Positions 38,033 to 45,825 of a DNA stretch of 64,000 nt are shown here, in pieces. A model generated the notes under the pieces. It ran no database searches. It saw only the letters and a program-made list of their open reading frames with translations, and had not been told where the DNA came from. Location of the stretch: contig OZ242358.1 of assembly GCA_965208835.1 (NCBI GenBank), positions 3,072,001 to 3,136,000 on the forward strand, in the 5' to 3' direction. This stretch comes from Candidatus Latescibacterota bacterium (GTDB lineage Bacteria > Latescibacterota > UBA2968 > GCA-2709665). Numbering within the stretch: the stretch's first letter is position 1; every line of letters begins with the position of its first letter. Made by a program: the position numbers and the translations under genes.

Positions 38033-38620
38033 TCACCACTGTAGGGGCGACCGGCCGGTCGCCCCTGTGCCGATTGGATCCTGGCCATCCGAAATGGCAG
38101 GATTTTCCGGGTCCTCCGACCATCCGACCGGGTTATCCGCGATGTATTGCCGAATCCGATCCAGCGCGGATTCGTTCCGGATAATGTGTTCGTAGTAGTT
38201 GCGCTGCCAAACCGGTGTGCCGGGCGTGCCACGCATGGTGTTGATACGCTTGGTTGCTGCAGATTTAAATCCGGCCATCATGGCGCCGAGTGACCTGGGT
38301 CGCAGCCCGCCACGGGCGACCGGCCGGTCGGCCCTACGGCGTTCGTCGGCAATAATAACGATACCATGAATATGGCTGGGCATGACAACCCAGGCGTCGA
38401 GATCGATCTCGATACGGACCTGCGCAGATTTTCGCCATTCCTCCTCAGCTATCCGGCCGAGCTCATTCAGCGCCACCTCACCATCTTTCACCACGCCGAA
38501 AAGTGATTTACGCCCTCTTGTGCAGACGGTGATGAAATATGCGCCCGCCCGTGAATAATCGTAGTCGCGCAATCGGGTCGACCGTCGGTGGGGTTTTTCC
38601 GGATCGCAGGAGCCGTTCAT
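38033..38620 (-). mobile_element. REP-associated tyrosine transposase (RAYT, Y1 HUH)
   Basis: RRSTRLRDYDYS..GAYFITVCT, MPSHIHGI (HUH), WQRNYYEHIIRNE, YIADNP. Confidence 0.92.
38041..38066. repeat. GTAG-type REP palindrome
   Basis: GTAGGGGCGACCGGCCGGTCGCCCCT; further copies at about 38314-38337, 38749-38776 and 41907-41930. Confidence 0.85.
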
Positions 38621-38748
38621 TATGTCCTCAGACTCTCGTCCAACAACCCCTCCGTCTCTTTCTCAAGGGCTATAACCCGAATCTCCGCAAGCGTGCACAA
38701 CGACTCAGGAAGACATTTGAGATCCGAGGTCATCGATTCATATACCAA
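38620..38748 (-). pseudogene. Decayed duplicate of the hsdM 3' end
   Basis: Minus strand reads ...PESLCTLAEIRVIALEKETEGLLDESLRT* versus HsdM PQPMRTLEEIGADILALEKETEGLL; its TAA overlaps the RAYT ATG. Confidence 0.8.
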
Positions 38749-38867
38749 TGTAGGGCGACCGGCCGGTCGCCCCTACGGCTATGGGATCCTGGCCATCCCA
38801 ATCGGCAGGATTCTCCGGGTCTTCAGACCATCCGGCCGGGCTATAACGCGATGTATTGCCGAATCCG
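38749..38867 (-). repeat. Diverged duplicate of RAYT 3' end plus REP
   Basis: About 120 bp direct repeat of 38040-38158 (REP...GGATCCTGGCCATCC...GCGATGTATTGCCGAATCCG). Confidence 0.85.
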
Positions 38868-38939
38868 CCCCCAATTCACGATGTGCCGAAAATTCCAGCT
38901 TACGCCGAAAGCCTTCGTTGCCCTCCCGGTCTTAACCAT
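38841..38939 (-). pseudogene. Chimeric mini-ORF: small partner N-terminus / PIN fragment / RAYT C-terminus
   Basis: MVKTGRATKAFG-VSWNFRHIVNWG-RIRQYIAL*; the start overlaps the previous stop (TGATG). Confidence 0.7.
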
Positions 38940-39175
38940 CAATCGCCCTCGGCGCCGGATCGACCGCCGTCGCTTGCCCCATCGTCCTGCCAGGGTCGCA
39001 CAACCCTGGACTTCGGGATGCGAGCGAAGTAGGGATCCTTGTGGGCAGCCGCGTTGAGCCGCCGGCGCCGCCCTTCAGGGGACACTCCCGCCAGCTTCGC
39101 GTTGATCCGGTCCCGGACCTCGCGCGTCCACTGTACGCAGTCGAACGCCTTTGCGTCGCTCTCACGCTTCTTCAT
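38939..39175 (-). CDS. Small PIN-associated protein, paralog 2 (candidate antitoxin)
   Basis: KAFDCVQWTREVRDRINAKLAG; RBS AAGGAG inside an upstream PIN remnant. Confidence 0.7.
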   Translation of the reverse strand: MKKRESDAKAFDCVQWTREVRDRINAKLAGVSPEGRRRRLNAAAHKDPYFARIPKSRVVRPWQDDGASDGGRSGAEGD

Positions 39176-39230
39176 TTGCAAGCTCCTTCGGACTGCAAAT
39201 GTCCACCGGGGGTACCCGATGCGCTTCAGT
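39162..39230 (-). pseudogene. C-terminal remnant of a second PIN gene
   Basis: LKRIGYP/PVDICSPKELANEEA* (1-nt frameshift) versus the intact PIN end RKSGYPAIDIRTPEEIVHD*. Confidence 0.7.
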
Positions 39231-39241
39231 TTCCCTTCGGT

Positions 39242-39457
39242 TCAGCTGTCGGAACTGTCTGTTGGCCCGTCCTGCGTGGATTTGCGTATTCGCGCGGCCA
39301 TTGCTTCCAACACGGGGTCGGAATACCGTTTGGAATTGAACCACTCTACCGTTTCCTCTGCAGTCATGCCGGCAGTTTCGGCGGTTATGCGGGCGCGGGC
39401 CTTGCGCATGAATTCGACACAGTCGAATTTCTTTTTTTTCTGGGTTTCATCAGTCAT
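39242..39457 (-). CDS. Small PIN-associated protein, paralog 1 (candidate antitoxin)
   Basis: KKFDCVEFMRKARARITAETAG; overlaps the hsdM-PIN stop by 8 nt. Confidence 0.75.
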   Translation of the reverse strand: MTDETQKKKKFDCVEFMRKARARITAETAGMTAEETVEWFNSKRYSDPVLEAMAARIRKSTQDGPTDSSDS

Positions 39458-41891
39458 GGACGATTTCCTCCGGCGTGCGAATGTCAATAGCGGGGTATCC
39501 GCTTTTGCGATTGACCTCGTTGTAGGCTCTGATACGCCGCCAATTCACCATGTGCCTGAAATTCCAGCTTGCCAGAACGTCTGCCTCGGCCAGAGTCGCG
39601 ATGGCAATATGCAGCGCATCGGTCCGGTTTGCCCCACCTATGGCGCCAGCCGCTATGTAGGCATCAGCAAGCTCTCTTGCTTCTCTTGAAACGGCGAGTG
39701 TTTCCGTGTGTCCCTGGGGAACGATGCTGGCCGCCCGCCTGACGGGGGGCGAAGCATCCGCGAGTTCATCCAGGGTGATGTTCGAGATGAGCATCGTGGC
39801 GTCACCCTGGCGAAAGACCTCGAACAACTGCGTCGATTGTTCCCGGAATTCATCGTCGAGACACCCGCCGATCACAGAGGTATCCACGTAGATGCGCGGC
39901 TTGCCGTACAAAGCCGGCGGTTCGCGTATCAACGGCAGATCGCCGAGCAGCCCCTCAGTTTCTTTCTCCAGCGCCAGAATATCCGCACCGATTTCCTCCA
40001 GGGTCCGCATGGGCTGGGGCTTGTAGAAGTATCGCGTGAAGCTGATCTCATAGCCAACTTTTACGCTGTCGGCTTGATACCAGGCGTCAGCGGCGTAGGG
40101 AAGGACTTCCCGCCCCAGGAACGCTTCGATGCCGCCTTCCTCCTGCAGCGGAATCTGCTCGGTGTCGCGCAGTTCGGTGTCCGGTTCGTACTCGACGACC
40201 GCAGGTCTGCCGTTAACGGTAGCCTCAAACCTGCCACGAAGCGGGTCGGCTTCCGTGCCCCTCTTGTGGATCTTCCTGATGACAGGCGGCGCGCTTTCGC
40301 TGCGTTCGCTACTATCCTTGAGTTTCTTGATCTCGGTGGCCTTGTAGGCGCGGTCGGGGTCGATCCCGTCGAGCCGAAGCGGCCGCTCGACCGTCACCTT
40401 CCAGTAGCCGAAGGCGGCGTTGTCGAAGATCTTGCTCTGTTCGGTTTCCTCGAAGGCCAGGAATGTGTCGCAGATGCGCCGGATGTCCTCCTCGCCAAGT
40501 TCGCAGTTCTTCTTGCCCAAATTCTTTCGCAGCGGCCGGTACCACTCGGTGGCATCGATCAACTGCACCTTGCCCCGGCGATGCTCCGGCTTCCGGTTGG
40601 TGATCACCCACACGTAGGTCGCGATGCCGGTGTTGTAGAACATATTGAGCGGTAGCGCGACGATCGCCTCTAGCCAGTCGTTTTCAATGATCCAGCGCCG
40701 GATATTGCTCTCGCCCTGCCCGGCATCGCCGGTGAACAACGAACTGCCGTTGTGCACCTCGGCGATGCGGCTGCCGCCCTCCTTCATCTTGGACAGCTTG
40801 TTGGCGAGGAAGAGCATCTGCCCGTCGCTGGACCGGGTAACGAGCGAATACTCGGGATCGTCCGCGTGCTCGATCACGAACCGCGGGTCCCGCATTTCCT
40901 TCTTGCCGCCCATGCGCTCCAGGTCGGTCTTCCAACTCTTCCCGTAGGGCGGATTGGAGAGCATGAAGTCGAACTCGCGGGACGGGAAGGCGTCGTTGGC
41001 CAGTGTGGAATGCTCCGGACCGCCGACGATGTTATCCGCCGCGTCCCCTTCACCCTTCAGTAGCAGGTCGGCCTTGCAGATGGCGTAGGTCTCGGCGTTG
41101 ATTTCCTGTCCGTACAGGTGCGTTGAGACCTGCTTGTCGCGCTCGGCGGCGAGTTGCTGAAGGACCTCTTCGGCCACGGTCAACATGCCGCCTGTGCCGC
41201 ACGCGCCGTCGTAGATCAGGTAGGTGCTGGATGTAATCTCGTCAGCGACGGGCAGGAAAACCAGCTTCGCCATCAGGGTTACCGCGTCGCGCGGCGTCCA
41301 GTGTTCTCCGGCCTCCTCGTTGTTCTCCTCGTTGAAACGCCGGATCAGCTCCTCGAAGATCGTGCCCATGCCGTGGTTGTCCAGGCCGGGGTGTCTGACC
41401 GAGCCATCGCCGTTGTGCACCGGGGCCGGGCTCAGGTTGACGTCGGGTGTGGTCAGCTTTTCGATCAACGTGCCCAGGGCATCGGCCCTGGAAAGACGGG
41501 GGACCTGGTTTCGGAATTCGAAGTTCTCGAGGATATCCTGGACGTTTGGCGAGAACCCGTCCAGCCAGGCCCTGAAGTCGGCCTCGAGCTGCTGGCGGTT
41601 CGCACGGGCGCGAAGGTCGCGCAGGGTGAACCTGGAGGTATTGTAGAAATCCTGCCCGGCCGCCTGCTTCAATGGCTCCTCCTGGTCGACCAGGCGGATC
41701 TTATCGAGGGAAGCCTGCATGTCCAGGACCGCCTGTTTGCTATCCTCCAGTACCGCGTCGAGACGGCGCAGCACGGTCATCGGCAGGATCACGTCGCGAT
41801 ACTTGCCGCGCACGTACAGGTCGCGGAGGACGTCGTCCGCGATGCCCCAAATGTAGTTCGCGATCCAGTTCAGGTTGGCGCTGGTTGCCAT
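39450..41891 (-). CDS. hsdM: Type I R-M N6-adenine methyltransferase with C-terminal PIN domain fusion
   Basis: YRDVILPMTVLRRLD, AGEHWTPRD, YDGACGTGGML, YGQE, NPPYG. In-frame PIN at about 39450-39902 (RIYVDTSVIGG...DEL...DALH...SWNFRH). Confidence 0.95.
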   Translation of the reverse strand: MATSANLNWIANYIWGIADDVLRDLYVRGKYRDVILPMTVLRRLDAVLEDSKQAVLDMQASLDKIRLVDQEEPLKQAAGQDFYNTSRFTLRDLRARANRQQLEADFRAWLDGFSPNVQDILENFEFRNQVPRLSRADALGTLIEKLTTPDVNLSPAPVHNGDGSVRHPGLDNHGMGTIFEELIRRFNEENNEEAGEHWTPRDAVTLMAKLVFLPVADEITSSTYLIYDGACGTGGMLTVAEEVLQQLAAERDKQVSTHLYGQEINAETYAICKADLLLKGEGDAADNIVGGPEHSTLANDAFPSREFDFMLSNPPYGKSWKTDLERMGGKKEMRDPRFVIEHADDPEYSLVTRSSDGQMLFLANKLSKMKEGGSRIAEVHNGSSLFTGDAGQGESNIRRWIIENDWLEAIVALPLNMFYNTGIATYVWVITNRKPEHRRGKVQLIDATEWYRPLRKNLGKKNCELGEEDIRRICDTFLAFEETEQSKIFDNAAFGYWKVTVERPLRLDGIDPDRAYKATEIKKLKDSSERSESAPPVIRKIHKRGTEADPLRGRFEATVNGRPAVVEYEPDTELRDTEQIPLQEEGGIEAFLGREVLPYAADAWYQADSVKVGYEISFTRYFYKPQPMRTLEEIGADILALEKETEGLLGDLPLIREPPALYGKPRIYVDTSVIGGCLDDEFREQSTQLFEVFRQGDATMLISNITLDELADASPPVRRAASIVPQGHTETLAVSREARELADAYIAAGAIGGANRTDALHIAIATLAEADVLASWNFRHMVNWRRIRAYNEVNRKSGYPAIDIRTPEEIVHD

Positions 41892-41906
41892 CGGAATTCC
41901 TTGCAC

Positions 41907-41930
41907 GGGCGACCGGCCAGTCGCCCCTAC
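41907..41930. repeat. REP palindrome directly upstream of hsdM
   Basis: GGGCGACCGGCCAGTCGCCCCTAC, same family as the RAYT-flanking REPs. Confidence 0.8.
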
Positions 41931-42025
41931 CGGTGATCAATACACCCGGTTGGCGTCTGTCCTAACTAAATAAAGGCGAATCACCGCTGGGGCGTCGCCT
42001 TCGTCGATGAAACTCTCCGCTCCTC

Positions 42026-43195
42026 TCACCCCCGGTTTCCTCCTCCCCATGCGGACGAGAACTGATCGCCCTCCAGGAATCTGCTGGGACGGAACGGATG
42101 CAGATCGAACGCGGGGGTCCGGCCGAGAATCGCGTCGGTCAGCGAATCGGCGATCGGCGGACCCAGCTTGAACCCGTGCCCGCTCCCGCCGAAGAAGGCA
42201 TAGTAGCCCTCCAGCCCCGGCTCGGCTCCGACCAGGGGATGCCAGTCGTCCGTAATGGTATAGACCGAAGCCCAGCCCTTCACGTATTCGCCCTGCCGGA
42301 ACGCCGGCACCCGTTCGAAGGTCCCCGACTCGATGCGCCGTCGCGTCGGCTCGTCCAGATCCGGATCGTACGCGTCCACGTCCATCGGCTCCACCTCTTT
42401 GGGAAAGCTCAATCCGGCGAGCAGCCCGTTTTCGCCGTCGGGACGAAAATAGACCCTGAGATTGGGATCGGAAACCACGGGAAACCGCCCGTATCCCTCC
42501 GGCAATCGCAGAACCAGATCGCTCTCCCGGCTCCATCGCAGCGAATAGTTCAAGCCCGCGGACAATCCCATTTGCCGGCCCCATGGACCTGCCGCGTTGA
42601 TTACCAGGTCCGTCCGGATTTCGCCCGCGTCCGTCTCCACCCCGGTCACACGGTCTCCGGACATGCGAATCCTTGTCGCCCCCACCCCCTCGTGACACGC
42701 CAGGCCCCAGTCAGCGGCGCGCGTCACCAGATTCCGGACCGTCCGGACGGGGTCCGCGTACCCCGACGCGGGTTCATAGATGCCCGAGACGATCCCATCC
42801 GGGTTCACGCCGGGGACGAGTTCCCCGATCTCATCCGCTTCCACCTCCACGGCCCGGGTGTGATTCCGCTGCTCCGCCTCCAGCACCGCCAGGCCGGCGG
42901 CGGCAGTATCGTCACCCAGAAGACAGATATAGCCCGTATTGCGAAAGTCGCAATCTCCCCCCAGCGCCTCCGGTCCGTTCGCGAACATCTCCAACGCCTT
43001 CATGGACAGCTGGATGGTCAGGTCGTTCGAATAAAAAGTGCGGATCACCGCGGCCGAATGTCCCGTGCTCACGGCGGCCAGCGAACGTTTTTCCAGGAGC
43101 ACGACAGCACCCAGACCCTTTTTTGCGAGAAAATGGGCCGCGCTGGCCCCCATGATACCGCCCCCGATCACAACCGCATCCGCAACCTTTACCAT
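42026..43195 (-). CDS. FAD-dependent oxidoreductase (DadA/sarcosine oxidase beta-like)
   Basis: VIGGGIMG, STGHSA, NAAGPW, GSGHGFKLGP. Confidence 0.92.
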   Translation of the reverse strand: MVKVADAVVIGGGIMGASAAHFLAKKGLGAVVLLEKRSLAAVSTGHSAAVIRTFYSNDLTIQLSMKALEMFANGPEALGGDCDFRNTGYICLLGDDTAAAGLAVLEAEQRNHTRAVEVEADEIGELVPGVNPDGIVSGIYEPASGYADPVRTVRNLVTRAADWGLACHEGVGATRIRMSGDRVTGVETDAGEIRTDLVINAAGPWGRQMGLSAGLNYSLRWSRESDLVLRLPEGYGRFPVVSDPNLRVYFRPDGENGLLAGLSFPKEVEPMDVDAYDPDLDEPTRRRIESGTFERVPAFRQGEYVKGWASVYTITDDWHPLVGAEPGLEGYYAFFGGSGHGFKLGPPIADSLTDAILGRTPAFDLHPFRPSRFLEGDQFSSAWGGGNRG

Positions 43196-43253
43196 CTGTA
43201 TGACTCCTGTAAGACCCGTTACACCGGCTCACGTTCCCGTCTCGCAACAAGGG

Positions 43254-43655
43254 TCAGACCTTCACGAAGACCATCGTAACTTGCGACCCGCCTAGCGAGG
43301 AAGTCAATGTCAACTCATTCCCGCTGATGGTGGCATTGGTTCCAATAAGACCCAGTGTCGCTGCTTCCTGAAATAATATACTCGATCCTTCTATTGCGTA
43401 CGTACCGTCGGAAAATCGATCTTCCATTCCAAGCGTCGGGACACTCAGACTCATCGAAAAATCACCCGTTGTCGACAGAACAAGCGTCCCAATCGCTTCA
43501 GGCGGACGAAGCGTCTGTGTCTGTGAACCACCCACCAGCTGAATCTCACGGAGCGTATAGGTGCCTGCAAGCGTATCGTAGTTCAGCGGATTGTCTTCTC
43601 CGCAGGACATGAAAAGCAATGCCACGACAAACATAAACGGTTTGAACCTTCTCAT
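43254..43655 (-). CDS. Putative lipoprotein (lipocalin-like)
   Basis: Lipobox-like LFMSC; LAGTYTL; beta-strand rich. Confidence 0.65.
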   Translation of the reverse strand: MRRFKPFMFVVALLFMSCGEDNPLNYDTLAGTYTLREIQLVGGSQTQTLRPPEAIGTLVLSTTGDFSMSLSVPTLGMEDRFSDGTYAIEGSSILFQEAATLGLIGTNATISGNELTLTSSLGGSQVTMVFVKV

Positions 43656-43690
43656 CGCGCGCCTCCGGACCCGGCTGTTTTATTGGAAAT

Positions 43691-44554
43691 CTAACGAATG
43701 ATCTCTTCCAGATACGCCTTGGCCGCAAGCAGCCCCTCCTGATTCAAAGCGGTGCTGCCCATAAAGCGGTCGTCTTCCAGCTCGATTGCAAGCGGGCCGT
43801 CATAGCCGAACTCTTCCAGCCGTGCCACAATCCATATCCAATCGGCCTCTCCCCATCCGGGAATGCAGTACCGCCACCAGCCTTCCCCGTGTCCATACCT
43901 CTTTCCGAAGCTCTGTCCGAGGCTGCCGTACAGGTAAAGGCCGTCTGACAGCAGCTCCGTGTCTTTGGCATGCACGTGCCGGACGCGGTCTCCGAATTCC
44001 ATCAACAGGCGCTGATAGTCCACACCGATCCGGATGAAATGCGACGGGTCATAGCAGATCCCAAGATGAGGCGAAGGCACGACCTCGAATACGGCCCGAA
44101 GCGTCTCCGGCGTACATCCCAGATTGCCGTAGCCCGGCCCGCCTCCAGGATAGGGTTCGATGGCCAGATGCACATTCTGCTGTTCCGCATAGTCCACCAC
44201 CCCGGGATAAACGGCTTTGAAGATCTCGAAACTGTCGGACCGGGACTGCATGCCGTCGTCCGGCGCCAGGCAGAGAAACACAACGCCGGAACCGTGGACA
44301 CCCGTATCGTGAATGCGCCGCTTCATGGCTGCGACCGCCCTCTTGCGCACCTCGGCGTCCTGACTCAGCAGGCCTCCACCCACACCCCAGTCGACGGTAC
44401 CGATCGCCAGCTCCGCCCTGTCGAAGGTCCCGCGAACCCCGGCGTCGACTTCCGGCACATCCACAGACCCGAAACCGCATTCACTCGCCCACGCCACCAC
44501 ACCCTCGAGACCCAATTCCCTTCCCATTGGCGGTATCCGCATCCCAACGTGCAT
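43691..44554 (-). CDS. Sugar phosphate isomerase/epimerase (TIM barrel)
   Basis: LAIEP, YDPSH, HVHAKD, GYDGPLAIELED. Confidence 0.92.
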   Translation of the reverse strand: MHVGMRIPPMGRELGLEGVVAWASECGFGSVDVPEVDAGVRGTFDRAELAIGTVDWGVGGGLLSQDAEVRKRAVAAMKRRIHDTGVHGSGVVFLCLAPDDGMQSRSDSFEIFKAVYPGVVDYAEQQNVHLAIEPYPGGGPGYGNLGCTPETLRAVFEVVPSPHLGICYDPSHFIRIGVDYQRLLMEFGDRVRHVHAKDTELLSDGLYLYGSLGQSFGKRYGHGEGWWRYCIPGWGEADWIWIVARLEEFGYDGPLAIELEDDRFMGSTALNQEGLLAAKAYLEEIIR

Positions 44555-44577
44555 AACACCCTCCGTAAAATTCGTGA

Positions 44578-45483
44578 TTAAACCGACCAAAGGTCGCTGA
44601 TCTCGGCAAGAATCGCATCGAGTTCAGCGTGATCGTGCGCATCCAGCGGGCCGGTCGCGGCGGTCCTGACGTGGGCCGACCGGATCACCCCGCGGCGGCG
44701 GAGCACCTCTTTGTAACCCTGTACGCTGTGCAGCGATTCAAAATTCAACAGCGGCAACAGGCGGTTGAATGCCTCGCGTGCGCCGGACGCGTCGCCCGCC
44801 TGCCAGGCATTCCATACCGCAGTATGCATGTCGGGGACGTCGCAGGCCGGCATGGTTCCGGCCGCGCCCCGACTCATTTCGTCAATCAGGAATCGTCCGG
44901 CCGCACCCCCGAACACGCCCTCCACCGATTTCCCGCAGGCAGCGATATCCGCGGAAACGGAGTGCGTGACCGGCGGGACTTCCTCCTTGACGTAAAGCAC
45001 CCGTTCGATCTCGCGCGCAAGCTGACCCAACAACGCGGATGACAATGGCACGCCGATTGGCAGCGGATAGTTCTGTACGAATATCGGCAGTTCGGTCGTC
45101 CGGGAAATCGCTTCGTAATACGCCCTCACGCCATCGGCCGCAGGCTTGGACACATAGGGTGGCATGGCGATCACGGCGTCGGCGCCGGCGTCGGCCGCAT
45201 GTTGCGCCAGCCACACAGCCACCTGGGAACTCACTCCGGACGCGCCAGCGACGAAAGGCAGCCGGCCCCGCGCCGTCCTGCCCACGACCTCGATCACGCG
45301 AAGCCGTTCCGGGTCGGACAACGCGCTGAATTCGCTTGCGTTTGCCGGCGTGACCAGCCCATGCGCGCCCGCCGCGATCGAGAATTCCACCACGGACCTC
45401 AACCCGTCTTCGTCAAGCGATCCATCGTCCGAAAACGGCGTTGCCAGGATGACGAACACCCCCCGAAAGGGCCGCCCCGCCAT
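44578..45483 (-). CDS. Dihydrodipicolinate synthase family aldolase/lyase
   Basis: TPF...ANASEF..LS..ER, MPPY, catalytic Lys in YVKEE. Confidence 0.92.
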   Translation of the reverse strand: MAGRPFRGVFVILATPFSDDGSLDEDGLRSVVEFSIAAGAHGLVTPANASEFSALSDPERLRVIEVVGRTARGRLPFVAGASGVSSQVAVWLAQHAADAGADAVIAMPPYVSKPAADGVRAYYEAISRTTELPIFVQNYPLPIGVPLSSALLGQLAREIERVLYVKEEVPPVTHSVSADIAACGKSVEGVFGGAAGRFLIDEMSRGAAGTMPACDVPDMHTAVWNAWQAGDASGAREAFNRLLPLLNFESLHSVQGYKEVLRRRGVIRSAHVRTAATGPLDAHDHAELDAILAEISDLWSV

Positions 45484-45590
45484 TCATCTGCCTTTCGCTC
45501 GATGTTGACGTTCAACCCGACCTGAAACCCCCATTCAATGGTAAGGTTGAGACGGCGGATGTCAAGCGGAAAATCCCCCCGATAATTCGA

Positions 45591-45619
45591 TTGACTTACA
45601 CCGGACCCCGTCCTACCAT
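45591..45619 (+). promoter_or_regulatory. Putative sigma70 promoter
   Basis: TTGACT-17 bp-TACCAT. Confidence 0.5.
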
Positions 45620-45629
45620 ATCCAAATTA

Positions 45630-45791
45630 GAAGCTGTCTCAAAATTCCCAGCGGTCTTCGCACGGCTGCAAAAGCGCCGGTCGGCGTTGGTCAAACCCAC
45701 CCGTATAGAAAAATATGGGAGGATTTTCCCGCCTTGACCGCCACTTTTTCGCTCGCGCTCGGGAACCCACCGGTAATTTTAAGACAGCTTC
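45630..45791. mobile_element. MITE-like element, family A, copy 2
   Basis: 162 bp, TIRs, TA on both flanks. Confidence 0.9.
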
Positions 45792-45825
45792 TAACGGGCA
45801 CAAACTACCATTCGCCGGGTTGCCG

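Noticed and set aside
39432-39439. T8 tract as a phase-variation site in partner 1
   Set aside because: Short tract explained by Lys codons; the frame is intact.
45715-45825. N-terminal extension of the adenylyltransferase ORF, and ORFs 45639-46004 and 56109-56297
   Set aside because: Derived from MITE family A sequence; the real start is probably 45826.
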